From Camelus dromedarius (taxonomy: Eukaryota), in NCBI RefSeq assembly GCF_036321535.1, contig NC_087436.1, positions 33,048,001 to 33,112,000 on the forward strand: DNA of 64,000 bases, written 5' to 3'. Positions 13,211 through 24,430 of the stretch are shown here, piece by piece. The notes under the pieces were generated by a model, which saw only the letters and a program-made list of their open reading frames with translations, was not told where the DNA came from and made no database searches. Positions within the stretch are counted from its first letter, which is position 1. The number at the start of each line of letters is the position of its first letter. A program made the position numbers and the translations under genes.

Positions 13211-15296
13211 AGGACGTTATGGAAGACGTGTCAGGTCTTCAAAATAATCTGCTTGGGGATTGTGGCCTTTTAAAAAAAATAGCGCTGGGATCTTTCTCAA
13301 AAGTTAACTACTTACTGTACATTATTAACCGAACAAATAAGAAGATATTGAGCAGGTCTAATATAATCCCATATGTATAAGGGGAAAGTAATATACAAAA
13401 ATCATACCCACTTCAAGAAACTGACAAAGTGTGACAAGAAAAAGGCTACTTGGTGTTAAAATTACTCTCAGTTGTGACCGCATGCATTGTATCCCTTTAG
13501 TACATGTGGAAAAATGTTCATTTCTCTTCTAATTTCTTCTGCCTGGGCTACTCTTTTTCAAAGGCTATTACTTTTATATAACGGAATCAGTGGAGAATAA
13601 CCTGAAAGCAAGGCATGATAGTGAGCCAGCAGGACAGTCAAGTTTCTGAGCTTATTATAAGCCCCAATATAATGACTGATACATTAATCAAAATGACCCC
13701 CACTTCTTCTGTATCCTTCGATGCTGTTTCCTTTGGGTTCTTTTTGATGACAGACTCCTGTTACATACAGTCTGTTTTCTGTTCCTTGACACTAACTTCA
13801 TTTGGAGAAAAATTAGCAGCTTAGCAAGAACTCCAGATTGGTGGGGGGTATCTGTAATACTTTAGTTCTTTTGTGACAAATCACCGGCTCTGTTTAACAA
13901 ACTGAAAATGAAATAGACTTTCCTAAGAATTGCAAAATATTCATGGATTGTTACTTTTGTCATCAATTTTTCCCCCTGAGTAATGGGGCTTTAACTTGGC
14001 TGACTGATTCAAACCCTGAAACAATTATAAACTGTTTATAACTATTTGAAATAATATTCAATTTGCATGTATGTACAGCTTAGGCTTCAAAATGGATACA
14101 TCTATTGAATTACACTCCTGAACTATTTTAATTTTGTTTCTTCTTTTGCATATAGATGTCAAATGATTCTGACCACAGGAAATATATTTATTAATTTCTC
14201 ACTTATGGTAATATAGAGAACACAAGGTGAAAAGAAATCAGGGAGCAGATACTTTATTTACTGCTCTATATAGGTATAAAAAATTCTAACCTGTTTATGG
14301 GTTCTGCTGTCAAGTGAAACCTGTGGTTTTGATGGGACAAAAATAAAGGAATTGATTGTTTTGGCTCAATTCTTTAGGTAGTGCTAAGCATAAGATTGCA
14401 TCGGGGGGTAAAATTTTTAGAGGATGTGGATAAAAAGAGATGAAAAAATACATATATTCCACATTTTCTACATGTAAAATTGTAACCATATCATAACAGA
14501 AAACACATGTGGTGCCATTAGCTTGACCTGAATTACTGAACATGCACACAGGCCCTTTTGCCAGCATTTTAAATAAGGCCATACAATTCTAAAGGCTGTT
14601 TTAAGAGTGTATGTCAAACCAACTTGATGATTAAATAGTATCAGAAAATAAGAAACAATTAGAAGTATGGGAGAAAATACTGTCATATAAAATTTGGAAC
14701 TTAAATTAATAAATAAGGAGATGAATTTCAATAATAATTAAGTTGGCATTTAAGTCCTTTTTTTTCTACAAATCATGTTAATCTTGTTGTCTGGAGGTGA
14801 TTAGCTTATTATGACAGACTGTGAGGTCATTAAGAAAATTAACATATTCCAGGTGTATTATTCTACTGGCACAGTGCCATGGGGGAAATGTGTTCATTCA
14901 TCTGAAACCAAGAAAAATATAATTTAATTCACATGTGCAAGATAAAATTCAGTTCAAAACCACTAGTAACATTTTCCCCCAATTGGCACCAAAAAACAAA
15001 ACCTGAGCTTTTAACGTTTTAGCAAATCAGAAATCTATTTTGCAGGAGAATTTTCAACTTCAAATTCCATCAACATAGTAAATGAGGGATATGATATAAT
15101 ACATTTTTAAGGTGCTGATTTAACATTTTTTCAAGGGAGTAATCATATATCAAGTTTTATTAAAGTTAGGTTAATGAACTTATATACATACTTATAAACA
15201 TTTGTGTGATTGATTTATTATTTTAATAAAAAATTTTGAGTGCCAGCTGCATGTCGTGTTTTGATCTTAGGTGTGTATTGGTGAATAAAACATCCC

Positions 15297-16820
15297 CCTC
15301 TCCCAGACTTCAGACAATACTATAGAGCTACAGTCATCAAGACAGCATGGTATTGGTACCAAAACAGACATATAGACCAATGGAACAGAATAGAGAGCCC
15401 AGAAATGAACCCATAAACTTTTGGTCAACTCATCTTCAACAAAGGAGGCAAGAATATACAATGGAATAAAGACAGTCTCTTCAGCAAATGGTGTTGGGAA
15501 AACTGGACAGCAGCATGTAAAACAATGAAGCTAGAACACTCCCTTACACCATATACAAAAATCAACTCAAAATGGATTAAAGACTTAAACATAAGACAAG
15601 ATACAATAAACCTCCTAGAGGAAAACATAGGCAAAACATTATCTGACATACATTTAAAAATTTTTCTCCTAGAAGAAGTAAAAGCAAGAATAAACAAATG
15701 GGACCTAATGAAACTTACAAGCTTCTGCACAGCAAAGGAAACCAGAAGTAAAACAAGAAGAAAACCTACGGAATGGGAGAAAATTTTTGCAAGTGAAACC
15801 AACAAAGGCTTGATCTCCAGAATATATAAGCAGCTCATACGACTCAATAAGAAAAAAATAAACAACCCAATCCAAAAATGGGCAGAAGACCTAAACAAGC
15901 AATTCTCCAAGGAAGACATACAAATGATCAAAAAGCACATGAAAAAATGCTCAGTATCAGTAATTATCAGAGAAATGCAAATCAAAACTACAATGAGGTA
16001 TCACCTCACCACCAGTCAGAATGGCCGTCATTCAAAAATCCACAAATGACAAATGCTGGAGAGGCTGTGGAGAAAGGGGAACCCTCCTACACTGCTAGTG
16101 GGAATGCAGTTTGGTGCAGCCACTATGGAAAACAGTGTCGAGATTCCTCAAAGGACTAGGAATAGACTTACCATATGACCCAGGAATCCCACTCCTGGGC
16201 TTGTATCCAGAAGGAAGTCTACTTCAGGATGACACCTGCACCCCAATGTTCATAGCAGCACTGTTTACAATAGCCAAAACATGGAAACAGCCTAAATGTC
16301 CATCAACAGGTGACTGGATAAAGAAGAGGTGGTATATTTATACAATGGAATACTGCTCAGCCATAAAAACCGACAACATAATGCCATTTGCAGCAACATG
16401 GATGCTCCTGGAGAATGTCATTCTAAGTGAAGTAAGCCAGAAAGAGAAAGAAAAATACCATATGAGATCACTCATATGTAGAATCTAAAAAACAAAAACA
16501 AAAACAAACAAACAAACAGACAAAAACAAAGCGTAAATAAAGGACAGAAATAGACTCACAGACAGAGAATACAGACTTGTGGTTGCCAGGGGGGTGGAGG
16601 GTGGGAAGGGATAGACTGGGATTTCAAAATTGTAGAATAGATAAACAAGATTACACTGTATAGCACAGGGAAATATACACAAAATGTTATGATAACTCAC
16701 AGAGAAAAAAATGTGACAATGAGTGTGTATATGTCCATGAATGACTGAAAAATTGTGCTGAACACTGGAATTTGACACAACATTGTAAAATGATTATAAA
16801 TCAATAAAAAATGTTAAAAA
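15297..16820 (+). mobile_element. Young 5'-truncated camelid L1 (ORF2 C-terminus plus 3' UTR), non-functional
   Basis: Translates to L1 ORF2: [19 protein letters not shown]..., ORF 15525-16049 ([13 protein letters not shown]...[15 protein letters not shown]) and ORF 16111-16488 (QPLWK...CTPMFIAALFTIAKTWKQPKCP...EKYHMRSLICRI*). In-frame TAA at 15414-15416 and a frameshift near 16010. 3' UTR ends 'aatcaataaaaaatgttaaaaa'. Probable TSD 15287-15296 / 16817-16826. Confidence 0.95.
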
Positions 16821-17799
16821 TGTCCCAAGTTAAAATAACTTTTATGTTCAGTTTGCTCTGAAAAATAATAACTTTTAATTATGAATAAAATATAAAGATT
16901 TTCAAAAAAATGACTTGACTAATTCTATTTAATTCATAAATTAGTTACTTACAGTATTTTGGAGCAGATCCAAATATTTAAATTTTGAAGTAGCAATTTT
17001 TTTTAATATAGAAAATATAGGCAATAGTGGCATTCTTCTTAGAAAAGAACATAAAATTCAGACTATGTGTATCTTGATTTAAGATGAAATCATTTATGAG
17101 CTCCACAAAATAGTTTTGGCCTTTTAAGTTTTTTCAGTTTTATAACAGAATTTATATTTCTCACTCAAAGTGCTTTTATAAAGATTCTCTTTTGACTTAT
17201 TTTCTCCGTTTCTCACAATAAGAGGGGAGATACTGACAGTTACAGAGTAATGCAGTGATTCTAATTATGTAGAGATAAACCATACTTTTCTATAGCACAG
17301 ATTTTTTCCCTAATAAAGTATTCATGGGAGTGCCACGTTTGTATATACCAGAATTATTATTATATGTATTTTTTCTAAAGTAAGTGTTTTTAATCATTTT
17401 AAGTCACTTTTATCTGTTTAGTCTAATACTAGTGAATCACAGTTGGAAAGAACAGAAAAATATCCAGCTGGAATTCAACTTTCACTAGTTTACATTGGAG
17501 GGGAAATTTCTCTTTTAAAAACACAAGTGCCTTATAAATTAGTATTTTTGCATCAGAAGGTGTTCATACATCACACAGAAGCCTGAAATGTGATTCAGAA
17601 CTATAGCCTTGAAACTTTCTTACCTCTCTCATCTTAAAATTCCTGATTAAATGTATCAAATTCTGTTTCTGTTTCTACTTGAATTTTCAGGGTAAAACAA
17701 TTATTCTTTGGAATATCAGTCAAACCAGAATGTTCATAATTTTTCTTCATAAAATATAGTGAATGTGAGTTAGTTCTTTTTTTTCACTCAAATCTTTTA

Positions 17800-19265
17800 A
17801 TTAATTTTATCCAGTTTTATTGAGATAAAATTAACATACAACACTGTATAAGTTTAAGGTATACACTATAATGATTTGACTTACATACATTATGAAATGA
17901 TTACCACAATAAGTTTAGTGAATATTCATCATCTCATATAGATACAAAATGAAAGAAAAAGAAAAAACGTTTTTCCTTGTGATAAGAACTCTTAAGATTT
18001 ACTCTTTAAAGAATTTCCATATAGAACATACAGCAGTGTTAAATATATTAATCATGTTGTACATTACATCTCTAATACTTAGATATCTTATAACTGGAAG
18101 TTTGTGCCTTTTGACCAACTTCATCCAATTATCTCCCCACCCCCAACCTCTGGTAATCACAAATTAGACCTATTTTTTAATAAGTTTGCTTGTTTATTTT
18201 TTTTTATTATGAAATATAACTGATGTACAACACTATGTTAATTCCTGGTGTATAACATAGCAATTCAGTATTTCCACACATTACAAAGTGATCATTATGA
18301 TAAGTCTAATTACAATCTGTCACCACAGAACAATATCTTATATTATCAATGACTATGTTCCCCACTCTGTACATGTCAACCCCAAGACTCATTTATTGTG
18401 TAACTGGAAGTTTGTATCTACTAATCTCCCTCTACTATTTCACTCATCTCACCATCCTCTCCTCTATGAAAACCACCTGTTTATTCTCTGTATCTGTGAC
18501 TCTGATTTCTGTTTTGTTATGTTTCTTTGGTTGTTTTGTTCTTAGATTTCACATATAAGTGAAATACTTTATTTGTCTTTCCCTACCTGACTTATTTAAT
18601 TTAGCACAGTACCCTACAGGTCCATCCATGTTGTCTCAAATGGAAACACTTTTGATTCTTTTTTATGGCTGAGTAATAATCCATTGGGCACTTAGGATGC
18701 TATCATATCTTGGCTATTGTGATTCGTGCTGCAATGAAGATACGGATACATGTATTTCAATTAGTGCTTTTATCTGCTTTGGAAAAGCCCAGAAGTAGAA
18801 CTGCTGGATCTTATTGTAGTTCTGTTTATAGTTTTTTGAAGAACCTCTATACTGTTTTCTGTAGTCGCTGAACCAATATACATTTCAACCGACAGTGCAC
18901 AAGGTTCCCTTCTCTCCAAGTCCTGGCCAACACTTATTACTCATTCTATTTTTGATAATAGCCATTTGGACAGAGGTGAGATTATATCTTAAAGTAGTTT
19001 GATTTGAATTTCCCTGGTGATTAGATTTAAGTTTAATAATTTAAGATGATTAAATGTAAATGTTTAATCTGTTTTGAGTTTATTTTTGAATATGGTGTGA
19101 GAATATATTTTAGTTTTATTCTTTTACATATCCACATGTAACACCACTTATTGAAGAGGCTTTCTTTTCTCTATTGTATATTCTTGTCTCCTTAGTCAGT
19201 GCAAGTGTGGGTTTACTTCTGAGCTCTCTATCCTGTTCCATTGATCTATGTGTCTGCTATTGTCC
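17800..19265 (-). mobile_element. Older L1 (L1MA9/Laurasiatherian-type) with two stacked 3' ends and an ORF2 3' remnant
   Basis: 3' ends at ~17800 ('ttttattgagataaaattaacatacaacactgtataagtttaagg') and ~18200. Body 'gtccatccatgttgtctcaaatgg', 'cccagaagtagaactgctggatc', 'caccacttattgaagaggct'. Confidence 0.85.
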
Positions 19266-19597
19266 TGAACTGAAGGAAATTAAAAAAGTTATAAGTTATT
19301 CATTAAATGATGTGACATGTTTTAAGCTTGTCCCCCCCCAATGGGGAAATATCACATCCTGTTTTTTTTTTAATGCTATTTCAACTGAATTGGCCCTTAA
19401 AAAATAAAACCCTTCCTTATCAGAGTTATATAGAAGGTATACAAAGGTTAAATAGGAAATATTTAATATAAAGGCACGACTAGGATAGAGATAGAGATCT
19501 AAACTGTTTTCTTTTTCCTGCCAAGATACCGGAACTTATACATTTTTTCCAATTTTGTAGTACTAGTTAGGTTATATTTTGTCCAAAACAGACTAGT

Positions 19598-20200
19598 TGT
19601 GGGATGGAAGGGAAGAGGGCAGGGCACAGTCATGACAGGAATGACACAGCAATTGAGGACAGGACAAACTATTTAGAACCAAGATGGCAGAAGATTTCAC
19701 TTCCAGTAGGACTTGAGCCTCACGGCACACCCACAGGCACCATGACAGTTCCTAGGCTGACCATAAAAGGCCAGAAAGTGGGCATGTCTCAATTCCTGGA
19801 AATCCCTACCCCTTCCCCCAAATAGTTGGAATTGTTCTCCTACTCATTAGCATATGAAATCACCAAGCCCATAAAAGCTAACAACTGACACCTCGTGGTC
19901 CCTCTCTCTCTTTTGCCTTCTGAGAAGGCCTGTACTCTTGTCTATGGAGTGTTTATCTACTTTTACTTTAAACTAAATACCCCTACACCTCTTGGCCTCT
20001 CTCCCTTTGCCTGCTTTTTGAGATGGTCCACATTCTGCCTATGGAGTGTGTATCTCTTAAGCCACTCCCTTCTGAGTGAGAGGGACCACACTCTGTCTAT
20101 GGAGTGTGTATCTCTCTGAAGAAATCTATTTCACTTTACTATGCATCACTCTTAAATTCTTTTCTGCATAAGAAAAAAAAATCTTGTTTGGTAGCAGTTG
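19598..20200 (+). mobile_element. MER41-like ERV1 solo LTR
   Basis: TG start and MER41 hallmarks in the expected order: 'caccatgacagtt', 'ttcctggaaatccctaccccttccccc', 'ttagcatat...cccataaaa', 'ctctgtctatggagt', 'tttcactttact...aattcttttctgc'. 3' boundary uncertain (20196-20250). Confidence 0.8.
19793..19821 (+). promoter_or_regulatory. GAS (STAT) motif TTCCTGGAA plus a degenerate second site TTCCCCCAA within the MER41-like LTR
   Basis: TTCCTGGAA at 19793-19801 and a one-mismatch partner at 19813-19821, positioned like the tandem GAS sites of MER41. Function untested. Confidence 0.5.
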
Positions 20201-21034
20201 AATATTGTCCTTTGGACAAACTCAATTCACACTTGCTTTCTGGAAAGCCTAGTATATTGGTAAGACTGAGGCACCACTGTCTCCTCACTCGTTGATAGTG
20301 CTTACTGTCTTACTAGAAGCTCTCCAAAGAGTCTTATTTTTTTCTCCAAAAATATTGAGAAGTAGAATAGAACAATATTTCAATTTTAACTGTGGTTAAG
20401 ACCAAGGGACCCGATTTTACTCTGTTAGAATGCTTTCAGTGTTTGAGACCCAGATCATTCTCCTTGTCATTTGAAATTGAAATTTTAAATTTATATACAT
20501 ATAATTAACACAACATGATTACTTCAAGTGAACTATGCTTCAATATGTATCATAGTGAAATGTATATATGAATCTCAGCTATAGCATTATTTGTGATGTT
20601 TGAGTTATTCTGTTTCTTTCTCTGCATGTTTTGGTCAGTGTAGATAAAATTTTAACGCCTTGACTGAGAAATTGAACTTTTGAAGTTCAGACAATTTAAT
20701 GATAGTAGTAATATATTAAAAAATAGGAAGCTGTTTCCTGTGCTAAATGAGATGAATTTTAGAAATATCATGTACTGAACAGTCACTTCTAGGTAGGTTT
20801 ACAAAGATCATAATTACTACAGATCATGACTTCACAATCAAAATGTTTTCAGTGCTGGTAAAATTTAAGAAAATAGGAAGAGAGCTTTAGGACGGCATGA
20901 ATATGAAACTCTGAACATAAGCCCTTTGTTGAAAAACTGTCTTACGTTTTCTGTGATAAATTTAAAATTTATTATTTAACAGTGCAAATAAGTCAGATGA
21001 ATTCAATTTAATTAAGTGTTTCAGGATAAATGAG

Positions 21035-21170
21035 TAAAAATTTACTAGCTGAGGCCCAGAGAGGCTGCATGATTTATTTGATGAAGATCATAGCATGTAC
21101 TTGTTGTAGGGTCAGAACCAAAATTGAAGTTTTGGTATTCCTACTGTTGTGTTCTCACACCAAACTCACC
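21035..21170 (-). mobile_element. MIR SINE fragment
   Basis: 'gctgaggcccagagaggctgcatgatttatttgatgaagatcatagc...gtcagaaccaaaattgaa'. Confidence 0.55.
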
Positions 21171-21192
21171 AAACTAGCCTATAATATTTTCA

Positions 21193-21692
21193 TGTGTATA
21201 AACTTTGATTCCTGCTCCCCACCCCCACCCTGCACCCCCAAAGATGCATATATTCTCACCCTCAGTACCTTTTATTATGTTAGGTTACGTGGCAAAGAGG
21301 AATTAAGGTTTCCAGTGGAATTAAGGTTGGTGATCAGTTGACTTTAAAACTGGGAGCGTGGCCTGGATTATGCAGTAATTACAAGCGTCCTTCATGCGGA
21401 AGAGAGAGGTGGAAGAACAGAGTCCGAGTAATACCATGTGAGAAAGACTTCCCTGGCCATTGCTGGCTCTGAGTATGGAGCAAGAGGGCCATGTCTCAAG
21501 GAAAACAAGTGGCCTTTAGGAAAGTGAAAGCCCAGAATGAGATTCTCCCCAGAGCCTCAGAAAGACTGCCGCCCTGCAGACACCTTGATTTTAGCTCAGT
21601 GAGGCCTGCTTCAGAACTGACCTCCAGAAGCATAAGATGCTGTATCTGTGCTGTTTTAGGCACTTTGATACAGTAGTACTGGTAACTAACAC
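21193..21692 (+). mobile_element. MaLR LTR (MLT1D-like)
   Basis: 'tatgttaggttacgtggcaaagaggaattaagg', 'gattctccccagagcctcagaa', 'gccctgcagacaccttgattttagctcagtgag', ending 'aactaacaca'. Confidence 0.85.
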
Positions 21693-23033
21693 AAGTTAGA
21701 AACAGAGATACAGTGTTGTAAATTGTAAGTTAAATTGAGTGATTTCTAAGTCTGAGGGATGAAGGATCTTGTTAAAGGAAAATTAAGAATAAAAGGATAT
21801 ATATGGACTCTCTTTTTGAGGGTTCACAAAGAACTGGTTTCCCCAGTTCTTTCACATCAGTGTGCATGATTCAGCTGGCAGATTTTTATCCACAATTGGA
21901 GAACACCACACGTTTGTGGTTTTGTCTCCTTAGAGTTTCCTTTAGAACCCTCTGGCCTGACTTGTTTAAAAAAAAATTATAAACGTTTCCATTCTATTTC
22001 TGTCAATTCATGCTTGTGCCTTAGGAACTTAGAAATTTTTTTTTCTTTCAAAAAAATCTGTGAAATGGGAGTAATGCTACTTGTAGCCTAGATAAAATTA
22101 GGTTTTGTTTTTTTTTTTTGAAGACAGTGTGGTAGAAAATTCATTTGCATGTTTAATTTTTACAATAGAGAGGGCTAGTCTATGAGAAAATCCTGATGCT
22201 TTGATTTTATTCATTGACAAACTGGTTTTCTACAACTGCTTTGTTTCCTTTTCTTTTGTTCACAAACTTAAATTTGTTTTATTTGGGATGATTTGAGTTC
22301 ATGCTATTTTCGTAACAGCTAAAGGACTGTAGTAGTGACCTCGTGATTCGTCTGTGGTTGTGAGAGCTTCCATGCATTTTTCCTGGGTCCCTCTCAGCAG
22401 TCATACTGCAAACAGTTTTATTAAGACCAGGCAGATTTGATTTCTTGGAAAGATTCCTGGGAAAATTGACACATGAACTTTACCAGAGTCTGTATCTGAT
22501 ACACAAGGGTCTTACTTAGATTCAAGCAAGAGGGTAAGTAAGCTGGCACAGCTGGAAACCAGGCCAGCCTTACACAGCAACATGTCCTCTAACTATTGGC
22601 CCTTCACAGTGGCTGATTAGTTTCCTTGCAGCAGTTACACCAAGTAGTGTCACTAGACTGAGGATGAACCACCCAGAGGTACTTTGTAATTGTGACTTTT
22701 TGTCTTTAATGTAACATGGTGTGCAACTTTTAAAATTGAACCTTAATTTTAGTCAAACTATGCACTTCCTTTCCTTTAACATCTTACATGAGGAACAGAA
22801 ACCTTACAAACTATAGAGACTCATTACCTTTATGTTAATGGATAGATTTACAGTGGATGGGTTAAATTCCAGTGAGTTGGTACATGGATTTATGACATTG
22901 TTTATAAGAAGCAATCATCTAAATTTGTTCATAGCTGGAAAGTTCCACTATGTAACATGTCAATAACTTACTTTATTTGGATGCCTTTCAAATGTTATCC
23001 AAAGATATGTTGAACAATTTTATTTAATGCCAG

Positions 23034-23775
23034 TGTTGTGTAATAAACCGTTTGGCTGACATTTGTCCCTGGTTCCTGGAATTCCCCAAAGCTCTTTGTT
23101 GTTAATGGTGGATACCTGGGACCACATCTGAGTTTATGTTAACAAGGTGACTCATGGTAGGCCCCACAGAGTCACAGCATGGGGGATGGCCCTGCTGAAA
23201 AGACTAGCCATGTGACAAGAGGAGTGGTGCTTTGAACTGCGTGACAGCAGCCTGAGCTCCAGACCTTGGTAGGAGAGGGGAGCTGGAGATTGAGTTGAAG
23301 TACATGGCCAAGGATTCAATTAATCATGCTTACACAATGAGATTCCAATTAAATGCTGGTCATCTGAAGCTTGGAAGAGCTTTCTTGTTGGTGATACGCA
23401 TCAGTGTGCCAGGAGGATACTGTATCCTGAGGACACAGAAGCTTTGCATTTGGGAACCTCCCAGGTCTCCCTCTACGTATTTCTTCATTTGTCTGGTTCT
23501 TATTTGTATTTTGTAATAATAAAACTGTAATCAAATTATAATGTTTTTTTGAGTTCTGTGAGTTATCTCAGCCAATTTCTGATCCTGAGGAGGTAATGGG
23601 AACCCCTGAATTTGTAGACAGTTGGTCAGAAGTGTAGGTATCCTGTGGATCCCAGGGATTGTAGCTGATGTCTGAAGTGAGGAGGAGAGTTTTGTGAAGG
23701 ACTGTGCCCTTAACCTGTGAAATTTACCTTAAATTTCCAGGTAATTAATGTCATAATTGCATTATAACCAGTTAG
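23034..23775 (+). mobile_element. MER21-like (MER21C) LTR
   Basis: 'tttgtccctggttcctgg', 'ggagaggggagctggagattgagtt', 'aatcatgcttacacaatga', 'aataaaactgtaatc', 'tgggaacccctgaatttgtagacagttggtcagaagtg'. Confidence 0.8.
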
Positions 23776-24309
23776 AACTTTCATACATAGAAATATGTAT
23801 CTATTTATGTATATGTGCATGAATTTTGCTGTTCCCGTGTAAAACTTTGATACTTATTTTTTATCCTGATACATAGCATACTGAACTAACCTGCTTTAAA
23901 ATCATTCTCATTTCAGTACATTTTAAATAGTTCTTTAGTGAAAAGGCATGTGGAAAGGAATTATCCTAGTTTTTGACGAAACTAAAATTGTTTGTTGTTT
24001 GATTATTCAAATACCTGCTTCCATTCACTATGAAATTTGAATAGGAGCGATTTGATGGTTGCTTGATAATCCTAATAAGGCATTGATATACATAGTGTTA
24101 CTAGGTTAAGGTAAGCCGCTTACCTGATATATCTTAAATCATATCTATATCATAGGCTCAGGGACTAGTATGACAAAATTGTCTTTTGATTCTGACACAA
24201 ATAAATGCCTGCTGTCATTCTTTGTAATTGTTAGATTTAAGCATTAAAAACTTCCCTGATATTTTTTTAAATTGAAACAAAATGGTCATGATACAGATAC
24301 TAATATTAC

Positions 24310-24430
24310 CTTTAATAATGATGAGGAAATTGAGGCATAGAAAGTTTATGTAAATTGTGGAAGTTAGATGAGTAGTGGGTGGCGGAGCCAACATGTCCCA
24401 GTCGGTCTTGCTGTTGTCCTTGACCACTGA
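24310..24430 (-). mobile_element. MIR SINE fragment
   Basis: 'gatgaggaaattgaggcatagaaagttt...agtgggtggcggagcca'. Confidence 0.55.

Noticed and set aside
15425..16778. Longest ORFs in the track (186, 174 and 125 aa) as host genes
   Set aside because: They are L1 ORF2 pieces or their antisense frames, and the L1 has a stop and a frameshift.
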